The notes beneath the pieces are model-generated. The model made no database searches. It saw nothing but the letters and a program-made list of their open reading frames with translations, and was not told where the DNA came from. From NCBI GenBank assembly GCA_910586045.1, contig CAJUIH010000002.1, forward strand, positions 6,711 through 70,710: DNA of 64,000 nucleotides, in the 5' to 3' direction. Shown here piece after piece: positions 41,659 to 51,648 of the stretch; position 1 is the stretch's first letter, and each line of letters starts with the position of its first letter. Origin of the DNA: an uncultured Eubacterium sp. GTDB taxonomy: Bacteria > Bacillota > Clostridia > Lachnospirales > Lachnospiraceae. Both the position numbers and the translations under genes were made by a program.

Positions 41659-42573
41659 TCATGCCTGCTGCTGCGCCGCTTCAAACAGTTCCATCACGCG
41701 GTTCATGACATTCCCTTCCGACGGCGCATCCTCGAGCTTTTCCCATGTATTGTCTTCTTTCACCGATATCAGTTGAAACAGCTTTTCCTCCGGCTCGGCG
41801 CTTTTTTCCACTATATAACAGCCGATCCGTCCTGTCTGCGGATTCCATAGGATATACAGTTCCCTGCAGTTTGTCCGGTATAAAAACTCAGCCGGCAGCA
41901 TCACCTGGACCAGATGCAGATCCTCCCTGACATTTAATTCCATAATTTCGAACTGATCTTTGGTAAACGGAAAGACTTTCTCCTGCCCTACCTGTTCATA
42001 CGGAACTTTATACAGCCCGCATAATGTTTCCGCGGACAGATTTTGTATAAAATCCATTTTTTCCTCGTATAATTTTTGAGGAATCAGATGAAATTCCGCA
42101 TTATGCCTCATGACCATACGGAAATCATCCGTTTTGACCTGGTACGCTTTCGGCGGATTTTCCCTGATCTTTGCATCCACCTCACGGGTCAGCTCCAGCA
42201 TCTGCGTTTTCAAAATCAGATTATCCGCATACGGATTCAATGCAATCCCCTGCACCAGCGTAGGATGGTCCAAAAGCATGGACGCACACTGCCTGTACGG
42301 CAGTTTCAGCATTCCCTGGTATTTTTCGTTTTGCGGGAATTTTTTAATCGAAGTATACGCGGGCATGTACAGATCGCCTGCCTGGTTTTTGATTACATAT
42401 GGCTGAAATCCGCCCTTTTTTGGATTTGACATTGCCGGAACGAATAATTTCGTATCTTTTAAAACCATCACAAGCTGCATCAGCTTATCTTTGTCCGGTT
42501 CTTTCCCATATACCTGCATGACTTCTTCCAGCTTTGCGTTATCAATATCCGTCATTTTTATGTTCGCTGCCAT
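41659..42573 (-). CDS. SseB-like family protein
   Basis: The N-terminal …LKDTKLFVPA…GDLYMPAYTS… pattern resembles the SseB domain. Weak call, by eye. Confidence 0.5.
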   Translation of the reverse strand: MAANIKMTDIDNAKLEEVMQVYGKEPDKDKLMQLVMVLKDTKLFVPAMSNPKKGGFQPYVIKNQAGDLYMPAYTSIKKFPQNEKYQGMLKLPYRQCASMLLDHPTLVQGIALNPYADNLILKTQMLELTREVDAKIRENPPKAYQVKTDDFRMVMRHNAEFHLIPQKLYEEKMDFIQNLSAETLCGLYKVPYEQVGQEKVFPFTKDQFEIMELNVREDLHLVQVMLPAEFLYRTNCRELYILWNPQTGRIGCYIVEKSAEPEEKLFQLISVKEDNTWEKLEDAPSEGNVMNRVMELFEAAQQQA

Positions 42574-42754
42574 TTTCTGTTCGATTCTCCTGTATTTTCT
42601 ATGATTCCTATCATGTCCAAACCTATTTTATCGCATTCCTATGCGTTTTTCCAGATATTTTTCCGAAAATTTATCCAGATATTGTCTTTTCCTTTTAATA
42701 CGTTTATAATAGTAACGGATGTTTTGTAAAGAAAAATGAAGGGAGTAAATCAGA

Positions 42755-43261
42755 ATGCATGCATTTCAACCTTATCCGATTGATCTGATCGAATTTGACC
42801 CATTTACAAAAATAGGAAAAGAGTGGATGCTGATCACAGCCAAACACGGTGACAAAATCAATGCCATGACAGCCAGTTGGGGCGGTGTCGGCGTTCTCTG
42901 GGGTAAAAATACCGCGTTTATCTTTGTAAGGGAAAGCCGTTATACAAAAGAACTCATAGATCAGAGTGATTATTTTTCTCTTACTTTTTTTGACCACAGC
43001 TACAAATCCGCGCTCAAATATTTCGGCATTGTTTCCGGAAGAAAAGAAAATAAGTTTGAAGTATCTAAGATGACGGTAAATTACCAAGACGATATTCCGT
43101 TTATAGACGAAGGTAATTTTGTAATCTGCTGCCGGAAAATGTCGGCTACGCCAATCCTGCCGGAGCATTTCCTTGATCCTGAAATCGAAAAGCAATGGTA
43201 CCAGGATGGGGATCTGCACACCATGTATGTAGGAGAAATTTTACAAATCCTAGCCCGTTAA
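42755..43261 (+). CDS. flavin reductase-like (FMN-binding split-barrel) protein
   Basis: …INAMTASWGGVGVLWGKNTAFIFVRESRYT… is typical of the flavin reductase domain family. Confidence 0.75.
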   Translation: MHAFQPYPIDLIEFDPFTKIGKEWMLITAKHGDKINAMTASWGGVGVLWGKNTAFIFVRESRYTKELIDQSDYFSLTFFDHSYKSALKYFGIVSGRKENKFEVSKMTVNYQDDIPFIDEGNFVICCRKMSATPILPEHFLDPEIEKQWYQDGDLHTMYVGEILQILAR

Positions 43262-43272
43262 AAACAAGGCAG

Positions 43273-43305
43273 GCGCAGCAGGCTGATTCGCTTTGCCTGC
43301 TGCGC
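43273..43305. terminator. bidirectional terminator between convergent genes
   Basis: 11-bp GC-rich stem gcgcagcaggc/gcctgctgcgc with an 11-nt loop. T-rich flank on the minus strand. Confidence 0.5.
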
Positions 43306-43319
43306 TTCTACAAACTTTC

Positions 43320-45857
43320 CTATGTTCTGCTGCCCTTTCCAATCAGTTTACTAAGCCCCAAAAACAAAATCTGTGACACAGCCAGAAATACTAACAGTAT
43401 CCCGATACATTTTCCCGACAGGCTGCTCATCGCGAATAGTTGGTTTAAAAATACCCCGCCAGCCGCCAGCCCGCATAGATTCAGCGCTAAAATCGCGCAT
43501 TTGACCCCGTTAAGCGGCCGGCTGATGCGAATCAGGAAGCTGAACCCCACTGCCGCGAGCAAAAGCGCACAAGCAGTAGCAATTTCCCGTTCCGGAATGA
43601 AACTGCGCGTAGCGAAAATAACAAACGCAGCAACGGTCAGAAAATTTGCAAGCCCTGCGGGGAGTGCCGTTGTCAGGACATTTTGGATAAAGTTGCCGCG
43701 GATCCGGTTTTTATTCGGCTCCAACGCCAGCAAAAATCCCGGTACTCCAATCGTAAACATCCCGACCAGTGAAATCTGTGCCGGTTCCAGCGGATACGTA
43801 AACGCAAACAAAGCGGCAAACAGGGCCATCAGAAGCGAAAAAATGTTTTTGACCAAAAACAGGCTTGCCGACCGTTCGATGTTGTTTACTACACGACGCC
43901 CTTCCAGCACGACATGGGGCATATGCGCGAAATCGGAATCCAATAAGACAACCTGTGCGGCCTGCGCTGCCGCTTCACTGCCGGAAGCCATGGCTACGCT
44001 GCAGTCCGCGTCTTTCATAGCCAGGATATCGTTGACCCCGTCTCCGGTCATTGCGGCTGTATGACCGGCTTTTTGCAGCGCTTTGACAAGCTGCCGCTTC
44101 TGTTTTGGCGATACACGGCCAAATACGGTATACCGTTCGGCCGCTTCTTCCAATTCCTGCTGCGTTTTCAACGTCCCCGCGTCAATATAGCGCTCCGCCT
44201 GTAAAATCCCTGCCTGTTTTGCCACTTCCGATACGGTCTGCGGATGATCGCCGGAGATGACTTTTACCGTTACCCCCTGCTCTACAAAATAGGAAAATGT
44301 TTCTTTCGCGTTTTTTCGGATCGGATTTTCCAATCGTATAAAACAAAGCGGGATTACGGTTTCTTCTTCTGTCTGCTTAGCGAACGCCAGCACACGGCAG
44401 CCTTTTTTTACATAAGGCTGGATCTTAGGCTGAACCGACGCAAACGCATCCCCCATTACAAATTCCGGCGCACCCAAACGATACACCGCGTCCGCAAACG
44501 TTACCATACTGTATTTTTTTTCGGAAGAAAACGGCACCGCGGACAGCACGGCCCGTTCTTTCGCCGCACCCCTCTTTGCACTTACTGCCTGTAGCGGCGC
44601 ATAAGCGCGGATTGCCTGCATCGTGGCGTTATTGTCAGGCACAGCCCTGCTGTAATCCGCCAAAAGCTGTTCCAATTCCTGCCTGTCCTGGCCTGTGCCT
44701 GCGGGTATCAGCTCTTTTACCCGCATATCCGGCTCTGTAATCGTTCCGGTTTTGTCTACGCACAGGACATCGACCCGGGCCAGCGTCTCAATGCTTTTCA
44801 TATCATGCAAAAGCACTTTCTTTTGTGCCAGCCGTACCGTACTTAGGGCAAGCGCGGCCGTCATAAGCAGATACAGCCCTTCCGGAATCATGCCGATCAC
44901 CGCGGCTACCATAGAAACAATGCTTTTTTGAAAGGTTTCCCCGTTGCTGAAATAAGCCTGTGCAAATAAAACCGCCGCAGCCGGAATAATCAGGATACCG
45001 ACCCATTTTACAAGCTGGTTGACGGAACGAATCATTTTAGACTGCTCGCCGCTGCCCATCGCTTTCGCTTCCGCCGTTAGTTTGGAAATATAAGAATCCT
45101 TTCCGACCCGTTCCAGCTTTGCGTAACACTGCCCGCTTACGACGAAGCTGCCCGACAGCAGGCGGCTTCCGACTTCCTTTTGCACCTCGTCCGCTTCCCC
45201 GGTAAGCAGCGATTCATTGACCGCTGCACTCCCGTATACTACGACTGCATCCGCGCAAATCTGATTTCCGGCTGACAGGCAGACCACATCATCCTTTACC
45301 AGTTCCTCAGACGGAATCCTGCTTTGTACCTGGTTGCGCACGACAACGGACTGCGGCGCATGGAGCATGTTCATCCTATCCAGTGTCCGCTTGGCGCGCA
45401 GCTCCTGAATCATGCCGATCACAGCGTTACCGACAACAATCGGAAGAAACGATAAGTTCCGGTAAGATTCCGCCATACATAACAGCACGGACAATACCAA
45501 AAAGATAAAATTAAAGTACGTAAAGATGTTGCTTTTTAGTATCTGCGGCACTGTTTTTCCAGTCGTAATATCCGTATGGTTTGTAAGTCCCTGCTTTGTA
45601 CGCTCTGCCACCTCCTGCGAGGTCAGGCCCATCACGGGTACTGCCTGTAAGCCCAGCCTATTGGCAGACTGATTTTCCCCGGCCAAACTGTCCGGGCGGC
45701 CCGCCTGTGCCCGCGGCCCAAACCTTTCTGTTTTTAGCAGTGCCAGGCCTTTTTTTGTTTGCACCATACCGGCTTTTTTTTCTTCCGTCCCGGACACGGA
45801 ATGTCCTGCCTTTCCTGTCCGGATTCTTCCATATGTCATATTGTCTGTTATGTCCAT
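43320..45857 (-). CDS. cation-translocating P-type ATPase (HAD-IC family)
   Basis: Phosphorylation motif CVDKTGTIT, hinge MTGDGVNDILAMKDAD, TGEA-like LTGEAD, and about 10 TM helices. Confidence 0.9.
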   Translation of the reverse strand: MDITDNMTYGRIRTGKAGHSVSGTEEKKAGMVQTKKGLALLKTERFGPRAQAGRPDSLAGENQSANRLGLQAVPVMGLTSQEVAERTKQGLTNHTDITTGKTVPQILKSNIFTYFNFIFLVLSVLLCMAESYRNLSFLPIVVGNAVIGMIQELRAKRTLDRMNMLHAPQSVVVRNQVQSRIPSEELVKDDVVCLSAGNQICADAVVVYGSAAVNESLLTGEADEVQKEVGSRLLSGSFVVSGQCYAKLERVGKDSYISKLTAEAKAMGSGEQSKMIRSVNQLVKWVGILIIPAAAVLFAQAYFSNGETFQKSIVSMVAAVIGMIPEGLYLLMTAALALSTVRLAQKKVLLHDMKSIETLARVDVLCVDKTGTITEPDMRVKELIPAGTGQDRQELEQLLADYSRAVPDNNATMQAIRAYAPLQAVSAKRGAAKERAVLSAVPFSSEKKYSMVTFADAVYRLGAPEFVMGDAFASVQPKIQPYVKKGCRVLAFAKQTEEETVIPLCFIRLENPIRKNAKETFSYFVEQGVTVKVISGDHPQTVSEVAKQAGILQAERYIDAGTLKTQQELEEAAERYTVFGRVSPKQKRQLVKALQKAGHTAAMTGDGVNDILAMKDADCSVAMASGSEAAAQAAQVVLLDSDFAHMPHVVLEGRRVVNNIERSASLFLVKNIFSLLMALFAALFAFTYPLEPAQISLVGMFTIGVPGFLLALEPNKNRIRGNFIQNVLTTALPAGLANFLTVAAFVIFATRSFIPEREIATACALLLAAVGFSFLIRISRPLNGVKCAILALNLCGLAAGGVFLNQLFAMSSLSGKCIGILLVFLAVSQILFLGLSKLIGKGSRT

Positions 45858-46048
45858 CCTACATCCCTGCCTTTATCTGATTAAATCGTCAGCCCCGATC
45901 CTGCCATGGTTTTCGGATACCTCCTAGAACTTATTATATCACAGAATCTCCTGCCATATTTAAACAGACCGTGTAGATTTCACTTAGATTTTATTAAGAA
46001 AATAATAAGATATGCAGACGATACGATGAACTTGCGTGATCTTTTTGG

Positions 46049-46933
46049 TTATACACTGCTCTGCCCGCCGCTAAAGCGTTTGCGCACATAATTGCCGATA
46101 TTTGTCATACATATAAGCGTAATCGTCAAAAACGCTCCCGGAACCAAGATAATCCACCAGGCGTTTGTCAGAAAGGCCTTTTGGGCCAGGGACAGCATAC
46201 TGCCCCATGAAACGACTTCTACCGGAAGCCCGATCCCCATAAAACTCAGTGTTGATTCCGCTGCTATGGCGTTTCGGATATTCATAACCGCCATAAACAA
46301 GATGGACGGTACAACATGCGGCATAAGGTGGGTGCGCAGAATATAAAAAAATCCGCCGCCCATACATTTTGCCGCAAGGATATATTCGCTGTGACAGATC
46401 TGGCGCACCTGCGTCCGAATGATTTTGGCCATACCCATCCAGCTAGTCATTCCAAGCACAGCGGAAATACGCCAGGCATCCGCACCGCCCAAACCCGCCA
46501 GCAGAAATAAAACGGCTAACAGGTTTGGCACGCTTAACAAAATCTCCGTCAAACGCATCAGCAGCGCATCCGCCAAATCCGGCGCACAGCCGCTCGCCGC
46601 CCCGACGACGATCGCAATACACACGGAAAGCAGTGACGCCGACAGCCCAATCCCCAATGAGATCCTGCCGCCATACCAGACCATGGAGAAAATATCCCGG
46701 CCCATCGGATCCGTCCCAAATAAAAATTCCCCGTCGGGCGGGACACTGTAATGCCGCAAATCCATGTACATCGGATCTTTTGTCATTACGAGCCTGCAGG
46801 CCAGACATCCGGTGATCAATACCGCAAGCACGAACATCGAAAGCAGCGGCATGCCCTTATACCATTTTTGCTTTTTGCGCGGCACGTCCTGTACCGGACT
46901 GCGGATGCAGGCTATGTAAAATTTATCGTTCAT
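46049..46933 (-). CDS. peptide/nickel ABC transporter permease (DppC/OppC type)
   Basis: BPD transport-system inner-membrane signature. ATG 46933 has a GAGGG RBS. Confidence 0.85.
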   Translation of the reverse strand: MNDKFYIACIRSPVQDVPRKKQKWYKGMPLLSMFVLAVLITGCLACRLVMTKDPMYMDLRHYSVPPDGEFLFGTDPMGRDIFSMVWYGGRISLGIGLSASLLSVCIAIVVGAASGCAPDLADALLMRLTEILLSVPNLLAVLFLLAGLGGADAWRISAVLGMTSWMGMAKIIRTQVRQICHSEYILAAKCMGGGFFYILRTHLMPHVVPSILFMAVMNIRNAIAAESTLSFMGIGLPVEVVSWGSMLSLAQKAFLTNAWWIILVPGAFLTITLICMTNIGNYVRKRFSGGQSSV

Positions 46934-46956
46934 ACGCAACCCTCAAATCAAACTGC

Positions 46957-47943
46957 CTATCCTTTTCGAAGTTTTATGCGCGGATCGATCTTCTCGTTGA
47001 TGATTTGTGCCGCTATGCTGCACAGGATCACCAGTCCGCCGGACAATAGGCTTAACAGCATAAGCAGGTTATAATCCTGATACCTCGCGCTCTCATAGGA
47101 AAGCGTCCCAAGCCCTGGGTAGGAAAAAACGGTTTCTATAATATAAGTCCCGCCCAGGATATGCGGGACGGATACTGCCATAATGCTCAGATAGGACGGT
47201 ATGATACCGCGCAGGCAATGACGGAACATCACCTGTCGTTTCGTAAGCCCTTTGGATTTCGCAAACAACATATAATCCGCCCGCGCTTCTTCCAGCAGCA
47301 TATTGCGGATCATATAGGCGTAATACCAAAGGTGTTCTAATACGGCCACCGCCAGCGGCAGGATCAAATGCCGGATCCGGTCTAAAAGATCGTCTTCCCT
47401 GCCTACGGTATAAGCGCCGCTGCTCGGCAGCCATTTCAAATTGACCGCAAACAGTAAAATCAGCACCAAAGCCAGCCAAAATTCCGGAATGCAGCTTAAC
47501 ACCGTACCTGCTTTGCACAAAACGCGGTCCGCCAGGCTGTCTTCTTTCCAGGCACAGCACATCCCCAAAAGCAGGGCCAGACCGAAAATCAGCGCAAAAC
47601 CGGTACCGCCCAAAAGAAAAGTCGCGCCTGCGCGCTGCGAAATCACCTGCAGCGCATCCATTTTATATTTATAGGAAATACCGAAATCTCCATGTACGGC
47701 ACGCTCCAGCCAGAGGACATACTGCACCGCGACCGGCTTTTGCAGGCCCAGCCGCTCCTGCGCCTGCTGGCGTTGTCGCGGTTTCATTTTTTCGACCCGG
47801 TCCCCGTAATACGATACAAGTGGATCGCCGGGCGCCAGCCTGGAAATAGCAAAAACCACAATGGAAAGCAGCAGCATACTGCAGCAAAACAAAGCGATTT
47901 TTTTTACAACATATACCATCAGATTTACGGGTGCCGCCCGCAT
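46957..47943 (-). CDS. peptide/nickel ABC transporter permease (DppB/OppB type)
   Basis: Typical start …VVKKIALF…LAPGDP. Start is either ATG 47943 (1 nt after the upstream stop) or ATG 47919; the 390-aa track ORF is over-extended. Confidence 0.85.
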   Translation of the reverse strand: MRAAPVNLMVYVVKKIALFCCSMLLLSIVVFAISRLAPGDPLVSYYGDRVEKMKPRQRQQAQERLGLQKPVAVQYVLWLERAVHGDFGISYKYKMDALQVISQRAGATFLLGGTGFALIFGLALLLGMCCAWKEDSLADRVLCKAGTVLSCIPEFWLALVLILLFAVNLKWLPSSGAYTVGREDDLLDRIRHLILPLAVAVLEHLWYYAYMIRNMLLEEARADYMLFAKSKGLTKRQVMFRHCLRGIIPSYLSIMAVSVPHILGGTYIIETVFSYPGLGTLSYESARYQDYNLLMLLSLLSGGLVILCSIAAQIINEKIDPRIKLRKG

Positions 47944-47944
47944 T

Positions 47945-49891
47945 TTATGTCGGTCCATGGCAAGATCCCTTTCCGCTGGCGCAGTTTGTCGACTCCATCC
48001 ATTTCCCGTCAGGATAAGATCGATCGTCCAGCCTGTATGCCATCGGCGGCACTGCCCGTTTCTTTCGTGGATCCAGCAATGGAACCGCCGCCAATAAAGC
48101 TTTTGTATATGAATGCCGCGGATGGGCAAACAATTCTTCCGTCGGCGCGCATTCCACTAGTTTTCCCTGGTACATAACGCCGATACGGTCACACAGATAC
48201 GCGACCATAGCCAGATCATGCGCAATAAACAAAAACGAGAACCCATGCTCTTTCTGAAGATGCCGGAACAGGTTTACAATCTGCGCCTGCACCGATACGT
48301 CCAGGGATGCGATCGGTTCATCGGCCACAAGCAGCTCCGGCTCCATTACCAGCGCCCTTGCAACCGCCACACGCTGACGCTGGCCGCCGGACAATTCGGA
48401 TGGATATTTGTCCAAATCCGCTGCATCCAGACCGACATACCGCATCTGAAATTCTGCTTCCGCACGGTACGAGCCGCGCGCCGTCGTCCGATGTTGGATT
48501 TTTAACGGCTCACAAATTAAGTCGCACACTTTCATCCGCTGGTTTAGGCTCGACGCGGAATCCTGAAAAATAATCTGGCGCGCCGTCTGCAGCATGCGCT
48601 TGTTTTTGCGGAAAATACGCCGGTCGCATACATTCAGGCCTTTGTAGTAAATACTGCCGCCTGTCGGCCGGCAAATATTCATAATACAGCGGGCGACCGT
48701 TGATTTCCCGCAGCCGGATTCTCCGACCAGGCCGAAAATCTCCCCCTTATAAATCTGAAACGATACGTCGTCCACAGCATACACGGCATGTTTTGGGGAC
48801 CATGCATACCGGTGCGTTACATGCCGCACATCCAGCAGGATTTCTGTGCCTGCTTTTGTGCCTGGATCTGTAATTGCGGCCGGTTCGGTCTGTCGGTACG
48901 CCGGAACCGTTATGTCCGCTGCCCGCGCATCCAGCAGCCAGGTCGCGGCGGCATGTGTATCTGTAATACGAAACATCGGCGGTTCTTTTTCATAGTCCAC
49001 CGCAAGCGCATACGGATTACGGCAGGCAAACGCGTCTCCTTTCGGCGGATGAAGCAGCGACGGCGGCATACCGGGTATCGTTTTTAACGGCTCCCCTGAC
49101 TTGGCAAAGGACGGGAGCGCCTGTAAAAGCCCCTGCGTATAAGGATGCCTTGGATCATAAAAAATTTCTTCCGCCGTCCCGGTTTCTATGATTTTTCCGG
49201 CATACATAACCGCGATACGGTCCGCGGCCCCCGCGGCGGCACCCAGGTCGTGCGTTACCAAAACGACAGCCATCCCCCGGCTCTTTCCCACGTCCCGCAG
49301 CAGCCCTAAGATCTGTGCTTCCAGCAGCACATCGAGCGCGGTCGTCGGTTCATCCGCAAGCAAAACCGCGGGTTCCGCCGCCAGTGCTGCCGCAAGCACG
49401 CAGCGCTGGCGCATACCGCCGGACAAATGATGCGGATAACGTCCGACATATGCTTCCGGTTCCCGGATTCCGACCAGGCGCATCAGTTCCAGTACCCGCT
49501 TTCGCAGCCGGGTTTTAGATATTCCAGGCTGATGTATGCTGACGGCTTCGCCAATCTGGACGCCGATTGGCAGCGCCGGATGCAAAGACGTCATCGGGTC
49601 CTGAAATACCATAGAACATAGGGATCCGCGCAGCCTGCACATCTCCCGTTCCCGCAAACCGGTAAGATCCGTGCCGTTTACCGCGATCCTGCCGGACTTG
49701 ATCCTTGCATAGGACGGCAGCAGCTTTAGGATGCTTTTTAACAACACGCTTTTGCCGCAGCCGGACTCCCCTACAATCGCAAGCACTTCGCCTGGCCGCA
49801 CGCAAAAGCTGACGCCGCGTACTGCCTGCACTTCCCCCTGCATCGTATCCAAACTGACCGCTAAATCATGTACTTCTAATAATCCGGACAT
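47945..49891 (-). CDS. fused double ABC ATP-binding protein (DppD-DppF type)
   Basis: Two complete cassettes (GESGCGKS twice, LSGGMRQR and LSGGQRQR). AAGGAG RBS before ATG 49891. Confidence 0.9.
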   Translation of the reverse strand: MSGLLEVHDLAVSLDTMQGEVQAVRGVSFCVRPGEVLAIVGESGCGKSVLLKSILKLLPSYARIKSGRIAVNGTDLTGLREREMCRLRGSLCSMVFQDPMTSLHPALPIGVQIGEAVSIHQPGISKTRLRKRVLELMRLVGIREPEAYVGRYPHHLSGGMRQRCVLAAALAAEPAVLLADEPTTALDVLLEAQILGLLRDVGKSRGMAVVLVTHDLGAAAGAADRIAVMYAGKIIETGTAEEIFYDPRHPYTQGLLQALPSFAKSGEPLKTIPGMPPSLLHPPKGDAFACRNPYALAVDYEKEPPMFRITDTHAAATWLLDARAADITVPAYRQTEPAAITDPGTKAGTEILLDVRHVTHRYAWSPKHAVYAVDDVSFQIYKGEIFGLVGESGCGKSTVARCIMNICRPTGGSIYYKGLNVCDRRIFRKNKRMLQTARQIIFQDSASSLNQRMKVCDLICEPLKIQHRTTARGSYRAEAEFQMRYVGLDAADLDKYPSELSGGQRQRVAVARALVMEPELLVADEPIASLDVSVQAQIVNLFRHLQKEHGFSFLFIAHDLAMVAYLCDRIGVMYQGKLVECAPTEELFAHPRHSYTKALLAAVPLLDPRKKRAVPPMAYRLDDRSYPDGKWMESTNCASGKGSCHGPT

Positions 49892-49905
49892 TTTATCCCG
49901 ACTCC

Positions 49906-51444
49906 TTATTCCGAAAATGTCCATTCCGCGACATTCCAAAAGATCCCAACCCCATGGTGCCCCATAACCGTATCCGCACAAATTCCCTGCAGGGCGGCAT
50001 CCGCAACGTAATCGGCATCTACATAACAGATCAGGGCAAATGCCGGATCCTTTGCCAGTTCGATCTGAAACTGGGCGTAGGCTTTGGCACGGACATTCGG
50101 ATCGTCAGACTGGCGCGCTTTTGTCAGGTACCGGTCTACCTGCGGGTTGGAATAGCTGCTGTAATTTGCACCTTTGTTGGTGCCGAATACCTTATATGTA
50201 TGGTCGTCCGCATCAAACGGGCTTCCCCATCCGATCAGGTAGGCCATCTGTCCGGCCCAGTCCGGCTGCACGGGAATCTCGACCGTACAGTCAATGCCGA
50301 CTTCTTTGAGCTGCTGCGCCGCAGCCTGCGCAAGATCCACACGCACCTGGTCCCCCGCGCCGACACTCAGCACAAACCCGACCGTCTGCCCGTCGCGTTC
50401 ATAAAAACCATTGCTGCCCATGGTACAGCCCGCCGCTTCCAATACCTGTTTTGCTTTTTTCGGATTATAATCATAATGTTCTGCTTTTTCATAATAATAA
50501 GGATTTCTCTGCAGCGGGCTGTAAGCGGCAGCGCCCCGTCCCAGCAAAACCGCGTCCACAATCGCCTCTCTGTCAATGGCGTAGCAGACCGCCGGGATCA
50601 GATCCCGGTTCTTCTTCCAGTACGGATTGGCAAAATTAAATAAAATCCCCCGGTAATCCGATGTTTTCATCGTAAAACACTGGTATCCTCCGCGTCCCGC
50701 AAACGTCTGCGCGTCTTTCGGCGCCAGCAGCGCCAAATCCAGTTCACCGGATTCCATTTGCAGCGCTTTTGCGTGGTCGTCTGTTACAATTTTAAAAACA
50801 ATCTGGTCAATCTCTGGTTCCCCTTTAAAATACCGTTTATTTTTGACAAGCGTAATCGACTGGCCCGCATCCCACTGTTTTATTTGATACGGCCCTGTTC
50901 CAACCGGATTGCGGAAAAACGCGGATTCCTGCATATCCTCTCCCGCCAGAAGATGCTCCGGCAAAACCGCCATCGTCATATAATCCAAAAATGCCGCATT
51001 CGGCGCCGCCAGCCGAAACGAAATCGAGGCATCGTCAATAACGGTAATTTCCTGCACATCTTCAAAATTCGGCGCATTTTCCGATCCGTTTTCCGGATCC
51101 ATAATCGCTTCTATTGTAAACTTCACATCGTCAGCCGTAAACTTTTCCCCGTCATGCCAGAAAACATCCCTGGCAAGATCAAACGTGTAGGTACATGTCC
51201 CGGCATCAAACTCCCAACGCTCCGCCAGGCCCGGGACGACTTCATTTTTTCCGTTATGCGCGGTCAGGCCGTTAAATAACAAAAGATTAATTTCCCCATG
51301 TTCATCCATCGCCGGATTGATTCTGGTATAATCGCCGCTGCCGTATACAAGCGTCTGCGGCTGCCCGCCGTCCTGGGTACTGCCGCACGCAGACAAAGAA
51401 ATGGCCATGGCAAAGGCCAGCAAAACCGCAACGTACTTTTTCAT
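49906..51444 (-). CDS. family-5 ABC substrate-binding lipoprotein (peptide/nickel)
   Basis: Lipobox LSACGS and an SBP_bac_5-like pattern. Confidence 0.9.
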   Translation of the reverse strand: MKKYVAVLLAFAMAISLSACGSTQDGGQPQTLVYGSGDYTRINPAMDEHGEINLLLFNGLTAHNGKNEVVPGLAERWEFDAGTCTYTFDLARDVFWHDGEKFTADDVKFTIEAIMDPENGSENAPNFEDVQEITVIDDASISFRLAAPNAAFLDYMTMAVLPEHLLAGEDMQESAFFRNPVGTGPYQIKQWDAGQSITLVKNKRYFKGEPEIDQIVFKIVTDDHAKALQMESGELDLALLAPKDAQTFAGRGGYQCFTMKTSDYRGILFNFANPYWKKNRDLIPAVCYAIDREAIVDAVLLGRGAAAYSPLQRNPYYYEKAEHYDYNPKKAKQVLEAAGCTMGSNGFYERDGQTVGFVLSVGAGDQVRVDLAQAAAQQLKEVGIDCTVEIPVQPDWAGQMAYLIGWGSPFDADDHTYKVFGTNKGANYSSYSNPQVDRYLTKARQSDDPNVRAKAYAQFQIELAKDPAFALICYVDADYVADAALQGICADTVMGHHGVGIFWNVAEWTFSE

Positions 51445-51648
51445 TTTCCTTTTACACCCCTTTCGGCTTTCGATTGCCGTTTTCTTTTTTCATTTTCGCA
51501 TGCCGCAATTTTCCGTGCAAGCCTCCCTGGGGGTTATTTTTATTTTTGCCATGTTTCAATTCGGCAGGTATGGCGTTTCTTTCCATCATAACTGATTCCG
51601 ACAAGCAGTGTTGAAACAAAATCATCGGTGTATTGGTATCTAAATAAT

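Noticed and set aside
51445-51648. The 204-nt leader upstream of the peptide/nickel ABC operon, as a possible NiCo, cobalamin or other riboswitch.
   Set aside because: It has only short, weak hairpins (for example cggc-tttcgatt-gccg). No B12 box or other signature that I can recognise. A cmscan would be needed to say more.
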